A stretch of 64,000 nt of DNA from an uncultured Thermoleophilia bacterium (GTDB taxonomy: Bacteria; Actinomycetota; Thermoleophilia; UBA2241), in the NCBI GenBank assembly GCA_963831295.1, contig CAWHPR010000002.1, positions 58,118 to 122,117 of the forward strand. Direction: 5' to 3'. The notes under the pieces were generated by a model that made no database searches, was not told the DNA's origin, and saw only the letters and a program-made list of their open reading frames with translations. Position numbers and translations under genes: made by a program. Positions 38,011-48,681 of the stretch are shown piece by piece (the stretch's first letter is position 1; each line of letters opens with the position of its first letter).

Positions 38011-40602
38011 TCACAGCAGCCGCCGCGCGGCCGCGATCTCCTCGTCGCGACCAGCGACGAGACCGTTCACCTTCAGCTGCAGCACGCTGGCCAGCACCTG
38101 ACCGACCTGCTCGCCGCTCGGGACCCCGAGGGCCAGCAGATCGTCCCCGCCGATCTCGAGGCGCAAGTGCCGCGTGACGTCGAGGTAACGGCCGATCCGG
38201 GAGGACGTGGCATCGCTCGCGCCGAGCACGATCGCGACCGCCGCTGCCTCGAGCGGCTCGTGCCGCAGCAGATCCGCGAGTTCCGCCTCACCCGGGCCTG
38301 AGGCCATGCGCCGCACCACGCGATCGGCCACCACGTGGGAGCGCTCGAGCACCGAGGCGTCGCGGCGGCGGATGCGCATGCGCCGCGCCCACGCGGCGAT
38401 CTCCTCCGGCTCGAGCGCCAGAAGCAGACAGAGCAGCCGCAGACGCCAGCGCGGCACCTCGAGCTCGAGACCGTGACGGCGCACGGTCTCGTCGGCGCGC
38501 CGCACCAGCCTCCGCTCGCGGGCGCCGGCCCTGAAGCGCGCGTGCACGGCCGGCTCGAGCCCGAGCGTCTCGACGCGCTCCAGGGCGAAATCCACGCGCT
38601 CCTCGCTGAGAAGTGCGACCAGCTCGTCGCGGAGGCGAGCGGACGACAGGTCGCCGATCAGGTCCATCCCGGCGCAGGCGCGCGCCAGGCCAAGGGTGTG
38701 CTCGTCCATGCGCAGCCCGTAGCGACTCTCGTAGCGCACGGCGCGCAGGATCCGGGTCGGATCCTCGATGAAGCTCAGGTTGTGGAGCACGACCACGCGA
38801 CGCGCCTCGAGATCGGTGAGCCCGCCGAACGGGTCGAGCAACCCGCCGAACGACTCCGGCCGCAAGGCGACCGCCATGGCGTTGATCGTGAAGTCGCGGC
38901 GCGCCAGATCGCCGTCGATGCCTGCGTGCTCCACCTTCGGAAGAGCGGCCGGGTACGCGTACGACTCCGAACGGGTCGAGGCGACGTCGATGCGTGGCAC
39001 ACTGCCCGGGGCCAGCACGACCGCCGTCCCGAACTCACGGTGCGTGCGGATATGGCCGCGCAGCCGGGCGGCGAGGGCCTCGGCGAAGGCGATGCCGTCG
39101 CCCTCGACGGCGAGGTCGATATCGAGGCTCTTCTCCCCGAGCAACAGATCGCGCACGGCGCCGCCCACGAGATAGACCCCGCGCACCTCCCCCGCCAGAG
39201 CCTGCACATGCCCCAGGAGCTCGCCGAGGTCGAGTTCGGCGAGCCGCCCCGCGACATTGCCGGCGAACGCCGGCTGCGGCGCGGTCGCGGCGACCTGCGC
39301 GCGCGCGAAGAGCCGACGCGAGACGATGCCGATGACGTCGTCGCGGCGCGGCGGACGCCCGGCGTCCTCGCCGACCACGGCCGTCCAGCCGAGGCCTCCG
39401 TCGACGATCGCTTCGGCGGCCCGCTCCAACGACATCGCGGCGCCGACGACCGGCAGCCGCGTCGCCATCACGGCCTTCACGGGCGCATGTCCGAGACCGT
39501 GGCCCACTGCGCGCTCCAGGTCGACCACCCCGACGCTGCCGATCACCTGCGCGCCGTGCGTCACAGCGAGGCCGTCCACGCCCTCGCGACGGCACACGAG
39601 CACCGCGTCGTCGACACTCGCGCCTGCCTCGACCGACGGCAAGCCCGGGGTGAGGACGTCGGCCGCCGTGGGCGCCGGCGACACCGCGGCGGGCAGCGCC
39701 CCCAGCACCGCGGCCCGCGCCTCGTCGAGCGACAAGCCCTTGAGGACCGCCGACGAGGCGGCGCTGTGGCCTCCCCCGCCCACGGCAGCCAAGAGGACGG
39801 CGACGTCGACGTCGCCGCGGCTGCGCGCCGTGGCGAAGACGCGCTGCTCCATGCCCACCAACAGGACGAAAGCGTCGCAACCGGTGAGGTCCATGACGCG
39901 ATGGGCCACGACGCTCACGCCCTCGACGTAGTCGTCGCGCTCGACGACGGCGAGCAGCACGCGTCGCCCTCCCACCTCGTGCTCCTCGGCGCACTCGAGG
40001 GCGGCGGCCAGCGTCCCGCGCTGCTCGTCGCTCAGAGCGTTCGTCAGCCAGCGCTCGATGAGCGACGGGTCCGCCCCGTGGCGCATGCAGAAGGCCAGCG
40101 CCTCGGCGTCGTGCTCGGTGGTCGTAGAGAACCTGAGCGACCCGGTGTCCTCGTGGATGCCGATGGCGAAGAGGCTCGCCTCGAAGGGCGTCACGGGGAT
40201 GCCGCGCTCGGCGACCACGCGCAGCAGCAGCGTGACGATCGACCCGTCGGCGGAGGTCACGTGATGCTCGGCGGCGAGGTACGGCGGCGGTTGCTCGCCG
40301 TGGTGGTCGAAGGCCACGACCTGGACGCCCTCTCTCGTGCAGAGCCGCCCGAGGTCGCCGATCCGGTTCGCGTGGGTCGTGTCGACCAGAATGAGGCGCT
40401 CGACCTCATCGAGGTCGAGCGCGATCGGGTCGACCACCGGCACGAGGTCGGCGTACAGCGCCTGGAACTCGCGCACGTTGCGGTTCACGGCGCCGCCGAG
40501 GCACACGTGCGCCTCCGGGTACAGCTTGTGTGCGGCCACCATGCCGGCGAAGCCGTCGAAGTCGGTGTTGCTGTGCGTGGCGATGAGCTCGCGGGCCTTC
40601 AT
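38011..40602 (-). CDS. cca: Multidomain tRNA nucleotidyltransferase (CCA-adding enzyme / poly(A) polymerase head domain) fused to an N-terminal DHH/DHHA1 phosphoesterase and a tandem CBS pair.
   Basis: DHH motifs (DHHG, GGGGH) at the N-terminus; CBS-like region; nucleotidyltransferase head motif GGAVRDLLLG...DIDLAV. Confidence 0.8.
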   Translation of the reverse strand: MKARELIATHSNTDFDGFAGMVAAHKLYPEAHVCLGGAVNRNVREFQALYADLVPVVDPIALDLDEVERLILVDTTHANRIGDLGRLCTREGVQVVAFDHHGEQPPPYLAAEHHVTSADGSIVTLLLRVVAERGIPVTPFEASLFAIGIHEDTGSLRFSTTTEHDAEALAFCMRHGADPSLIERWLTNALSDEQRGTLAAALECAEEHEVGGRRVLLAVVERDDYVEGVSVVAHRVMDLTGCDAFVLLVGMEQRVFATARSRGDVDVAVLLAAVGGGGHSAASSAVLKGLSLDEARAAVLGALPAAVSPAPTAADVLTPGLPSVEAGASVDDAVLVCRREGVDGLAVTHGAQVIGSVGVVDLERAVGHGLGHAPVKAVMATRLPVVGAAMSLERAAEAIVDGGLGWTAVVGEDAGRPPRRDDVIGIVSRRLFARAQVAATAPQPAFAGNVAGRLAELDLGELLGHVQALAGEVRGVYLVGGAVRDLLLGEKSLDIDLAVEGDGIAFAEALAARLRGHIRTHREFGTAVVLAPGSVPRIDVASTRSESYAYPAALPKVEHAGIDGDLARRDFTINAMAVALRPESFGGLLDPFGGLTDLEARRVVVLHNLSFIEDPTRILRAVRYESRYGLRMDEHTLGLARACAGMDLIGDLSSARLRDELVALLSEERVDFALERVETLGLEPAVHARFRAGARERRLVRRADETVRRHGLELEVPRWRLRLLCLLLALEPEEIAAWARRMRIRRRDASVLERSHVVADRVVRRMASGPGEAELADLLRHEPLEAAAVAIVLGASDATSSRIGRYLDVTRHLRLEIGGDDLLALGVPSGEQVGQVLASVLQLKVNGLVAGRDEEIAAARRLL

Positions 40603-40656
40603 GCGCCCAGTATAGAGGCACAGAGGCAGCGCGACGCCGGCGCGCCGCGCACGCGT

Positions 40657-42819
40657 TCACGCCTTGAGCAGCCAGTCCAGTTCCGCGCCGAAGGCATCGT
40701 CCACGGCCGTGCGCAAGGGCGCGTGTTGCGGCAGCTCGAGTCTGGGATCCGCCTTGAGCAGCTGCGCGGCGAGGGCCCGCGCGCGCAGGAGCACGTCGCG
40801 GTCGCGCGCCAGGCGGGCCAGCTTCAGATCGCCGGCGCCCGCCTGGCGCGCACCCATCAGCTGGCCCTCTCCGCGCAGTTCGAGGTCGCGCTCGGCCAGC
40901 TCGAACCCGTCGTTGGTGTCGAGCAGCGCGGAGAGCCGCGCCTGTCCCCCCGGCGAGTCGCTGCTCGAGAAGAGGAGGCAGTACGAGCGCGCGCTCCCGC
41001 GCCCGACACGGCCGCGCAGCTGGTGCAGCTGGGCGAGGCCGAAGCGTTCGGCTCCTTCGACGAGCATGACGGTCGCGTTGGGCACATCGATGCCGACCTC
41101 GACCAGACTGGTGGCGACCAGCACGTCGACGGCGCCTTCCGTGAACGCGGCCATCACGGCCTCGCGCTCGGCCGGCCTCATCTGGCCGTGGACCACGGCG
41201 ACCCGGTAGCGCACGAACTCGGCTTGTGACAGACGCTCGGCCTCGGCGACGGCCGTCGCCGCCGAGATCGACTCGGACTCGTCGATCGCCGGGCAGACGA
41301 CGTAGGCCTGCCTGCCCTTGTCGAGCTGCGTGATCACGAACGCGTAGCCCTCCGTTCGCTGCGCTTCGTCGACGAGCCGTGTCTGCACCGGCTCACGACC
41401 CTCGGGCGAACCGCCGATCGTGGTCACGTCGAGGTCGCCGTAGACGGTGAGGGCCAGCGTGCGAGGTATCGGCGTCGCCGTCATGTGCAGCACGTGGGGC
41501 GCGACACCGTCGCGCTCGCCGCGTCGCACCAGCGCGTCGCGCTGCCGCACGCCGAAACGGTGCTGCTCGTCGACGACCAGCAGCCCGAGTGACGGGAAGA
41601 CGACGTCCTCGGTGAGCAACGCGTGGGTGCCGATCACGAGGCGCGGCCCGCCGGCCGCGAGGCGCGCGAGAGCCTCACGGCGCTCGCGCGCCCCCAGCGC
41701 GGCGGTGAGCACTTCGATGGGCGCGGCGTCGGCGCAGAGCCGCGCCGCCGTGTGAGCGTGCTGGATCGCGAGCGTCTCGGTGGGAGCCATGAGGGCTCCC
41801 TGCAGCCCGGCCTCCGCGGCGCGGACCAGGCAGTGGAGCGCGACGGCGGTCTTCCCGGAGCCGACGTCGCCCTGCAGCAGACGCCGCATCGGACGCGTCT
41901 CCCGCAAGTCGGCCTCGATCTCGTCGATCGCCCCGCGCTGGAACTCGGTGAACTCGAAGGGCAGACCCGCCACGAACGCCGCGCTCACTGGCCCCGGCGG
42001 CGGCAAAGCGTGCGCCCGCACGCGGAGCTGCTGCTCACGCTTGTGGGCCAGCAACCCGAGCTGCATCATCAACAGTTCCTCGAGCACCAGGCGCGCCCTT
42101 GCCGCCTCGGCTTGCCCGAGGTCGCTCGGCAGATGCGCGGCCAGCGTCGCGTCGCGGTGCGACGGCAGAGCCTCCGCCACCCGCAGCGCGGCGGGCAGCG
42201 GATCCTGCAGCCGTCGCATGACCGGCGCGGCCCGTCGCACGAGGGAGCGCAGCAAACGCGCCGAGACCTGCTCGCTGGCCGGATAGACTGCGACGACGCC
42301 CTCGGTGTGGAGTCCCTCCCCCTCGTCCTCCTCGAGGAGCTCGTGGCTGCGGACCACGAACTGCGGCCGACCGCCCATGGGCCTGTAGGTGCCGCGCAGG
42401 CTGAGACGGACGCCCTCGCTCAAGACCCTCGTGAGGTAGCCCTGGTTGAACCAGACCGCCTCGACGGATCCGGTGCCGTCGCTCACCAGCGCCTTCACGA
42501 CACGTACCTTGCGACGCGCCGTCCGGTCGGCCCGCACGCGCTCCACGACACCCCGCACCGTGGCCTCTTCGTCGATACGCAGGTCACGGATACGCTTGCG
42601 CTCCCTGAAGTCGTCGTAGCGCCGCGGGTAGTGACGCACGAGATCGCCCACCGTCACGAGACCGAACCCCTCGAGACGGCGGCCGATCGCGGGGGTGACG
42701 CCCTCCAGCGAAGAGAGCGGAGCGGCGAGCGTCGACGGATCGAGCGACAGCCGCGGCACCGGCGGCCGGGTCTCGTACCGGCCGCCGCCGAAGCGCAGCG
42801 GCAGTGTCGTCCCGGTCAC
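40657..42819 (-). CDS. recG: ATP-dependent DNA helicase RecG.
   Basis: Wedge domain; helicase motifs (GDVGSGKT, DEQHRFG, HMTATPIPRT). Confidence 0.95.
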   Translation of the reverse strand: MTGTTLPLRFGGGRYETRPPVPRLSLDPSTLAAPLSSLEGVTPAIGRRLEGFGLVTVGDLVRHYPRRYDDFRERKRIRDLRIDEEATVRGVVERVRADRTARRKVRVVKALVSDGTGSVEAVWFNQGYLTRVLSEGVRLSLRGTYRPMGGRPQFVVRSHELLEEDEGEGLHTEGVVAVYPASEQVSARLLRSLVRRAAPVMRRLQDPLPAALRVAEALPSHRDATLAAHLPSDLGQAEAARARLVLEELLMMQLGLLAHKREQQLRVRAHALPPPGPVSAAFVAGLPFEFTEFQRGAIDEIEADLRETRPMRRLLQGDVGSGKTAVALHCLVRAAEAGLQGALMAPTETLAIQHAHTAARLCADAAPIEVLTAALGARERREALARLAAGGPRLVIGTHALLTEDVVFPSLGLLVVDEQHRFGVRQRDALVRRGERDGVAPHVLHMTATPIPRTLALTVYGDLDVTTIGGSPEGREPVQTRLVDEAQRTEGYAFVITQLDKGRQAYVVCPAIDESESISAATAVAEAERLSQAEFVRYRVAVVHGQMRPAEREAVMAAFTEGAVDVLVATSLVEVGIDVPNATVMLVEGAERFGLAQLHQLRGRVGRGSARSYCLLFSSSDSPGGQARLSALLDTNDGFELAERDLELRGEGQLMGARQAGAGDLKLARLARDRDVLLRARALAAQLLKADPRLELPQHAPLRTAVDDAFGAELDWLLKA

Positions 42820-43679
42820 TCGACGATCAATGCAAAGGCGGTCGTGCCCGGGCCGATGTGGGTCCCGACGACCGCTCCGACGCGGCCGCGGAAGGCGAAA
42901 CGCGCCTTGGGGCGCAGACGCTGGATCAGCTCCCCGACGAGCGCGATCTCCTCTGGGTTGAGGGCGTCGATCAGGCAGTAGTGCAACTCGTCGTCGGGCG
43001 CGCTGTGCTCATCGAGGAAGCGCTCCATCGCCGCCAGCGCCTTCTTCTGGCCACGCACCTTGGCGTAGGGCATGAACTCGCCGTCGACGCAGTGAATGAG
43101 CGGCTTGATGTCGAAGACGCCACCGACGAGCGACGCGGCGCCACCGATGCGGCCTCCTCGGCGCAGGTACTCGAGAGTCGCCGCGTGCACCAGGAGCTGA
43201 CTGTTGGCGGCGAAGTGCTCGATGTACGCCTGTGCCTCGGCCATCGTGCAGCCGCGCTCGAGGCGCGCGCGGAGCCGCTCGGCGCACATCGACAGGGGCG
43301 TCGAGAGAGTCTTGAGATCGTAGACCAGGACGCCGTCGACGCCGACCGCGGCGCGCTCGGCGGCCTGGAAGGTGCCGCTCATCTTGCGCGAGATGTGGAG
43401 CGAGAAGACGTGCTCGTAGCGCCGCCGCGCCTCTTCGTAGGCGGCAGTGAACTCGGCGTCGGTCGGCTGCGAGGTGGTCGGCAGCACGTCGGAGCTCGCC
43501 AGCTTGGCGAAGAACTCGTGATGGCCGAGGTCGATCGCGTCGCGAAAGGTCTCGTCGCCGAAGTGCACGCTGAGCGGCACCATGTAGAGGCCGTCGCGGT
43601 CGAAGTAGCCCTCGGGCGCGTCGCAGGTGGAGTCGAGCACGATCGCCGTGTTGTCGAGGTCGAGAAGAGGTTCGCTCAT
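42816..43679 (-). CDS. degV: DegV family fatty-acid-binding protein (FakB-like). Start at MSEPLLDLDNTAIVLDST (ATGA overlap with the upstream stop); the 196-aa ORF-track extension is spurious.
   Basis: DegV/EDD fold similarity; adjacent to the DAK/FakA-like gene. Confidence 0.85.
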   Translation of the reverse strand: MSEPLLDLDNTAIVLDSTCDAPEGYFDRDGLYMVPLSVHFGDETFRDAIDLGHHEFFAKLASSDVLPTTSQPTDAEFTAAYEEARRRYEHVFSLHISRKMSGTFQAAERAAVGVDGVLVYDLKTLSTPLSMCAERLRARLERGCTMAEAQAYIEHFAANSQLLVHAATLEYLRRGGRIGGAASLVGGVFDIKPLIHCVDGEFMPYAKVRGQKKALAAMERFLDEHSAPDDELHYCLIDALNPEEIALVGELIQRLRPKARFAFRGRVGAVVGTHIGPGTTAFALIVE

Positions 43680-45298
43680 TCTGCACTCACCAGGATCGGG
43701 TACAGGGGCTGGCCACCATCGTACACGTGCAACTCGAGGTCCGGAGCCTCCTGCGTCGCCAAAGCGGCGAGACGCTCGGGGGTCGTGCCCGAACCGTTCA
43801 GGGCGGTGAGGACCGTCAGCTGCTCCGCGCCGGCCGTGGCCAGTGCCTGAAGGACACGCGTGAAGACGTCCTCGACCGCGTCGGCCGCGGCGACCAGCGT
43901 GCCGTCGACGATGCCGATGGCCTGGCCCTCGCGGACGGCGACGCCGTCGACCTCGGAGTCGCGCACTGCGTACGTGATCTCGGCGCTCCGGATGCCGTCG
44001 ATCGCCTCCTCCATGAGGCGCGCGTTGTCGACCGCGTCGCGTTCGGGCTCGAACGCCACCATCGCCGCGAGACCCGCCGGGATCGAGCTCGACGGGACGA
44101 CGGCGATGTGGCGGCCGCTCATGCCGGCCGCCTGCTCTGCCGTCAGGATCACGTTGCCGTTGTTCGGAAGGAGCACGACCTCGTCGGCGCCCAGCGCCTC
44201 GACCGCCTCGAGCAGCTGAGCGGCGCTTGGGTTCATCGACTGGCCGCCGTCGACGACCGCGCCGCACCCGAGCTCGCGAAAGATCTGCTTGTTGCCCTCG
44301 CCCGCGACCACCGCGACCACGACGGTCTCGGTGCCCTGCCCTGCGCCCTCCCCGCGCAACCGCTCGTCGCGAGCACGTGTCTGCTCGTGCATGTCGTTGA
44401 TGTCGATCTCGCCCAGCGAACCCTGCCGCACCGCGGCCGACAGCACGACTCCGGGGTCGTCGGTGTGGACGTGCACCTTGATCATGTGCTCGTCGCCGAC
44501 GACGAGGGCGCTGTCTCCGAGCGGCCCGAGGAACGTCTCGAAGGCGGCTGCGTCGAGCCCCTCCCCGCGCAGCAGGAAGCTCGTGCAGTAGCGGTACCGC
44601 GAGAGCTCGCTCTCGACCGCGACGTCCAAGCTCACGGCGGTCACCGCGACGGGACGCTGCTGACGAAGACGCTCGCCGTCCGCCACGCCCCCTCGCAAGA
44701 GCTCTTCAAGGCCCGCCGAGAGCCCACGGAAGAGGACGAGCAGGCCGTAGCCGCCGGCGTCGACGACGCCCGCCTTCTCGAGCACGGCCAGCTGGCTTGT
44801 CGTGCGCTCCACGGCGATGCTGCCCGCCTCGTCGACGGTCGCCAACAGCGTCGCGAGGCTGAGGCTCGCGGGGAATCCCTGGGCGGCCGTCGCCATCTCG
44901 CGGACGACCGTGAGCATGGTGCCCTCGACCGGCTCCTTCACCGCCCGATACGCGGCCGCTTGGCCCTCCTTCAGGGCCTGCATGACGACCGGCGCGTCCA
45001 GGCTACCCGCCGATGCCCACACGTCGCAGATGCCGCGCACGATCTGCGAGAGAATAACGCCCGAGTTGCCCCGGGCGCCCATCAGCGAGCCCTTGGTCAC
45101 GGCCGCGGCGACCCCGGGGATGTCCTCGGCGTCGCTGTGCTCGAGTTCGTCGAGGACGGCGCGAACGGTGAGCGCCAGGTTGGTGCCCGTGTCCCCATCG
45201 GGCACGGGATACACGTTGAGATCGTTGATGAGCTGCCGCTCGGCCTCGACGGCGGCGAGCGCCGCCTCGATGGCGGCGATGGCGGCGGCCCGGACCAT
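43676..45298 (-). CDS. fakA: DAK2-domain fusion protein YloV (fatty acid kinase FakA-like).
   Basis: DAK2 domain (DGDTGTN) plus a C-terminal DegV-like/FakA domain; asp23-yloV-recG synteny as in Firmicutes. Confidence 0.88.
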   Translation of the reverse strand: MVRAAAIAAIEAALAAVEAERQLINDLNVYPVPDGDTGTNLALTVRAVLDELEHSDAEDIPGVAAAVTKGSLMGARGNSGVILSQIVRGICDVWASAGSLDAPVVMQALKEGQAAAYRAVKEPVEGTMLTVVREMATAAQGFPASLSLATLLATVDEAGSIAVERTTSQLAVLEKAGVVDAGGYGLLVLFRGLSAGLEELLRGGVADGERLRQQRPVAVTAVSLDVAVESELSRYRYCTSFLLRGEGLDAAAFETFLGPLGDSALVVGDEHMIKVHVHTDDPGVVLSAAVRQGSLGEIDINDMHEQTRARDERLRGEGAGQGTETVVVAVVAGEGNKQIFRELGCGAVVDGGQSMNPSAAQLLEAVEALGADEVVLLPNNGNVILTAEQAAGMSGRHIAVVPSSSIPAGLAAMVAFEPERDAVDNARLMEEAIDGIRSAEITYAVRDSEVDGVAVREGQAIGIVDGTLVAAADAVEDVFTRVLQALATAGAEQLTVLTALNGSGTTPERLAALATQEAPDLELHVYDGGQPLYPILVSAE

Positions 45299-45663
45299 CA
45301 GTCCTCGAGGTCCTCGACCTTGACGCCGACCTCGCTCACCGGCACGCCGGCGACGTGCTCGACCTGGTAGCGGACCTGCTCCCGCAGGTTGGCGGTGACC
45401 TGTGCGAGGTTCACGCCGCGCTCCATCACCACGTGGAGCTCGATGCGCGCGACGCCGCTCTCGACCTCGACCTCGACGCCCTCGGTCAGCGATCCCTTGA
45501 GAAGGCGGGCGAGGCGCCGCATCGGCGAACTCTCCATGCGCACCACCCCGTAGGTGGCGCGCGCCGCCGAACCGGCCAGCTTGGCGATGACCACCGGGGC
45601 GACGATCACCTCGCCCGGACGATGTGGAGTGTCGATCGGCAGTGTCAGGTCGCTGTCGGCCAC
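45298..45663 (-). CDS. Asp23/Gls24 family envelope stress protein. GTG start at VADSDLTLPID; the ORF-track extension is spurious.
   Basis: Asp23 family pattern (GEVIVAPVVIAKLAGSAARATYGV); upstream of yloV. Confidence 0.75.
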   Translation of the reverse strand: MADSDLTLPIDTPHRPGEVIVAPVVIAKLAGSAARATYGVVRMESSPMRRLARLLKGSLTEGVEVEVESGVARIELHVVMERGVNLAQVTANLREQVRYQVEHVAGVPVSEVGVKVEDLED

Positions 45664-45776
45664 GACGCGTAGTCTACAGGCTCTTGACGGCTGTGTGTTG
45701 GCGACGGTCCGGCATGGACGTCTCCTCGTGGAACCCGGCCAACGCTCCCCCAGACAGACGGCGCCGGAACCCGCGT

Positions 45777-45806
45777 TTGCGTCCCGGCGGCCGCATGTAG
45801 CATAAT
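45777..45806 (+). promoter_or_regulatory. Candidate promoter for rpmB: -35 TTGCGT, 18-nt spacer, -10 CATAAT.
   Basis: Hexamers read directly, ~37 nt upstream of the rpmB ATG. Confidence 0.45.
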
Positions 45807-45842
45807 TCCGCGCCTGTCCGTTCTCAAGCCGAGGGATACCAG

Positions 45843-46034
45843 ATGTCAAAGATCTGCCTGACCTGCGGCAAAGTGCCCGTCGTGGGCAACAACCGCAGCC
45901 ACTCGAACCGCGCCACCAAGCGGCTGTTCCGGCCCAACCTGCAGCGTGTCCGCGTACTCGTGGACGGACGCCCGCAGATGGCCTACGTCTGCACCCGGTG
46001 CCTCAAGTCCGGGCGCGTCCGCAAGGCTGTCTAG
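45843..46034 (+). CDS. rpmB: 50S ribosomal protein L28.
   Basis: Near-identity to bacterial L28 (CGK...GNNRSHSNRATKR); divergent from the asp23 operon as in Bacillus. Confidence 0.93.
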   Translation: MSKICLTCGKVPVVGNNRSHSNRATKRLFRPNLQRVRVLVDGRPQMAYVCTRCLKSGRVRKAV

Positions 46035-46225
46035 GCCTCCCGCTCAGCGCGTACGTTTCGACCGGCGGCGACGTACGCCGCGCCGCACGACGCCCGGCCG
46101 AGCCCGCACCAGGGTCTCTCTGCCCGCGCGCCGTCAGCTCATCGGCTCGAAGCGCGCCTGGAAGAAACGCAGCTCCTTCGGCTCGTAGACCAGCGTGAGC
46201 CCGCGGATCGCCGTGCGTCGCCGCT

Positions 46226-46690
46226 TCAGGGCAGCGTGCGCAGCAGGTTCGCCATCTCGAGGGCGGTCGACGCCGCGGCCCAGCCCTTGTTGCCGGCCTT
46301 CGTGCCCGCCCGCTCGATCGCCTGCTCGATGGTGTCGGTCGTGAGAACGCCGAAGACGACGGGCACGCCGGTGTCGAGCGACACCTTGGCGATGCCCTTG
46401 GCGGCCTCGGAGGCGACGTACTCGAAGTGCGGCGTGCCGCCGCGGATCACGGCGCCGAGGCAGATCACGGCGTCGTAGCGCCCGCTCGCAGCCAGGGCGC
46501 GCGCCACCAGCGGCATCTCGAAGGCGCCGGGGACCCACGCCGTGTCGACGGCGTCGTCGGCGACCTCGTGGCGGCGCAGGCAGTCGAGCGCGCCCTCGTA
46601 GAGCCGGGTCGAGATGAGCTCGTTGAAGCGTCCGACGACGAGCCCGAACTTGAGCCCTTCGCCCTTGAGTTTGCCTTCGAATTGCGCCAT
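46226..46690 (-). CDS. ribH: 6,7-dimethyl-8-ribityllumazine synthase. Start at [12 protein letters not shown]; the ORF-track extension is spurious.
   Basis: Lumazine synthase family similarity; last gene of the rib operon. Confidence 0.93.
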   Translation of the reverse strand: MAQFEGKLKGEGLKFGLVVGRFNELISTRLYEGALDCLRRHEVADDAVDTAWVPGAFEMPLVARALAASGRYDAVICLGAVIRGGTPHFEYVASEAAKGIAKVSLDTGVPVVFGVLTTDTIEQAIERAGTKAGNKGWAAASTALEMANLLRTLP

Positions 46691-46734
46691 CCCTGTGTCC
46701 TTTCGTTCGTTCGATCGCCTGACTCGAAAGGCGG

Positions 46735-48042
46735 TCAGCCCTCGATGCCCTCGCCGGGGCCGAAGAGCTCCTCGTGTTCGAGCAGGTGGCCCATCTTCTC
46801 GCGCTTGGTGCGCAGATAGCCGACGTTGTCCGGCCGAGGCACCGCCTCGATCGAGACACGCCCCGTCACGGTGAGACCGTAGCCCTCGAGAGCGACGATC
46901 TTCTTCGGGTTGTTCGTCATGATGCGGATCGTGGTGAGCCCGAGGTCGGAGAGTATCTGGGCGCCGATGCCGTACTCGCGCAGGTCGGGCGCGAATCCCA
47001 GCTCGACGTTGGCCTCCACCGTGTCCATGCCTTGCTCCTGCAACGCGTATGCCTTGAGCTTGTTCAGCAGCCCGATGCCGCGCCCTTCCTGGCGCATATA
47101 GAGGACGACCCCGACGCCCTCCTCCTCGATGCGGCGCAGCGCCTCGGCGAGTTGTTCGCCGCAGTCGCAGCGCAACGAGCCGAAGACGTCGCCGGTCAGA
47201 CACTCGGAGTGCACGCGTACGAGCACGTCACGCTGGGCGGCGACCTCGCCCTTGACGATCGCCACATGATGGGCGCCGTCGATGACCGACTCGTAGCCGA
47301 CTGCCGTGAACTCGCCGTACCGCGTGGGCAGTGCGACGGTCGCCGCACGGCGTACCAGCTTCTCGGTACGCCGCCGGTACTTGATGAGGTCGGCCACGGT
47401 GACGATCTTCAGACCGTGACGACGCGCGTAGGGGACCAGATCGGACACCCGCGCCATCGTGCCGTCGTCGTTCATGATCTCGCAGATCACGGCCGCCGGG
47501 ATGAGGCCGGCGAGGCGGGCGAGATCGACGCCGGCCTCGGTCTGCCCTGTGCGCTCGAGCACTCCGCCGGGACGAGCCATGAGTGGGAAGACGTGCCCCG
47601 GCTGCACCAGATCGGCCGGCCTCGAACCCGGGTCGATCGCCACCTGGATCGTGTGCGCGCGATCGGCGGCCGAGATGCCCGTCGTCACGCCCTCACGGGC
47701 TTCGATCGAGACGGTGAAGGCCGTCTGCAGGCGAGCCTCGTTGTGCGACACCATCGGCGGGAGATTGAGCTCGGCGCAGCGCTGCGGCGTGAGGCACAGA
47801 CAGATGAGGCCGCGGCCTTCCTTGGCCATGAAGTTGATACGCTCGGCCGTCGCGAATTGCGCCACCATCGTGAGGTCGCCCTCGTTCTCACGGTCCTCGT
47901 CGTCGCAGACGATGACCATCTTGCCTTCGCGCAGGTCGTCCAGCGCCTCCTGGATGGAGGCGAACACGCCCGCATCGTCACGCTCGGCCACGACGCTCGT
48001 GGCATCGTCGCCGCAAGCGCGCATCTCGTCACTGCCGTTCAT
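46735..48042 (-). CDS. ribBA: Bifunctional 3,4-dihydroxy-2-butanone-4-phosphate synthase / GTP cyclohydrolase II.
   Basis: DHBP synthase N-terminal half ([10 protein letters not shown]); GTP cyclohydrolase II C-terminal half (CDCG, zinc site). Confidence 0.95.
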   Translation of the reverse strand: MNGSDEMRACGDDATSVVAERDDAGVFASIQEALDDLREGKMVIVCDDEDRENEGDLTMVAQFATAERINFMAKEGRGLICLCLTPQRCAELNLPPMVSHNEARLQTAFTVSIEAREGVTTGISAADRAHTIQVAIDPGSRPADLVQPGHVFPLMARPGGVLERTGQTEAGVDLARLAGLIPAAVICEIMNDDGTMARVSDLVPYARRHGLKIVTVADLIKYRRRTEKLVRRAATVALPTRYGEFTAVGYESVIDGAHHVAIVKGEVAAQRDVLVRVHSECLTGDVFGSLRCDCGEQLAEALRRIEEEGVGVVLYMRQEGRGIGLLNKLKAYALQEQGMDTVEANVELGFAPDLREYGIGAQILSDLGLTTIRIMTNNPKKIVALEGYGLTVTGRVSIEAVPRPDNVGYLRTKREKMGHLLEHEELFGPGEGIEG

Positions 48043-48680
48043 CAGAACCCTGCCTCCGCCAGCTTCTCCCACGTCACTCCGTCGCCCGTGCCGGCACGAT
48101 CGAGGAACGTGCGTACATACTTGCCGATCACATCGGCCTCCAGGTTGACCCGTCGGCCGGGCCCGAGTCCGCTCAGCGTGGTCGCCGCAGCCGTGTGCGG
48201 GATCAGCGACACGCGCAGCTCCCGCCGCCCTACCTCGACCAGCGTCAGGCTCACACCGTCGAGGGCCACGGAGCCTTGCGCAACGGACACGGCGGCGACC
48301 TCCTCCGGAGCCTCCAGCGTCACGACCAGCGCGGCGCCTTCGGGCTTCACTGCGCGTACCACGCCGACGCCGTCGACGTGACCGCTGACCAGGTGGCCAC
48401 CGAGCCGCGACTGGAGCGTCAGCGCCCTCTCGAGGTTCAGCCCGTCGCCGGGCCGACGTTCGCCCAGCGTCGTGCGGCGCACCGTCTCGGGCATCGCGTC
48501 GGCGGTGAAGCCGTCGCGGCCCACGGCGGTCACCGTCAGGCAGACCCCGTCGGTCAGGATCGAGTCGCCGACCCTGGTGCCGTCGAGGACAGCGGAGGCC
48601 GCGATCTCGAGGCGCGCGCTCTGCCCGCCGACGTCGAGTCGCCGCAGCTTCCCTACCTCTTCGACGATCCCGGTGAACAC
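48042..48680 (-). CDS. ribE: Riboflavin synthase alpha subunit.
   Basis: [11 protein letters not shown]-terminus and duplicated lumazine-binding repeats. Confidence 0.93.
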   Translation of the reverse strand: MFTGIVEEVGKLRRLDVGGQSARLEIAASAVLDGTRVGDSILTDGVCLTVTAVGRDGFTADAMPETVRRTTLGERRPGDGLNLERALTLQSRLGGHLVSGHVDGVGVVRAVKPEGAALVVTLEAPEEVAAVSVAQGSVALDGVSLTLVEVGRRELRVSLIPHTAAATTLSGLGPGRRVNLEADVIGKYVRTFLDRAGTGDGVTWEKLAEAGF

Positions 48681-48681
48681 C

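Noticed and set aside
39035-39994. Highly Arg/Gly-rich ORFs (e.g. 39035..39994, 17994..18686, 1444..1956, 55218..56078) that could be mistaken for disordered or toxin-like proteins.
   Set aside because: They are alternate frames of recG/cca, coaBC, dapB and priA respectively. Their composition is the GC-rich codon artefact (CGN/GGN).
46035-46225. 190-nt gap between the convergent rpmB and ribH genes; the open frame encoding ...GLTLVYEPKELRFFQARFEPMS was considered as a possible small gene.
   Set aside because: There is no start codon in the open stretch downstream of the ribH stop. It is the 3' continuation of a spurious frame overlapping ribH. Only a weak inverted repeat (GCGTACG...CGTACGC, 16-nt loop) is present.
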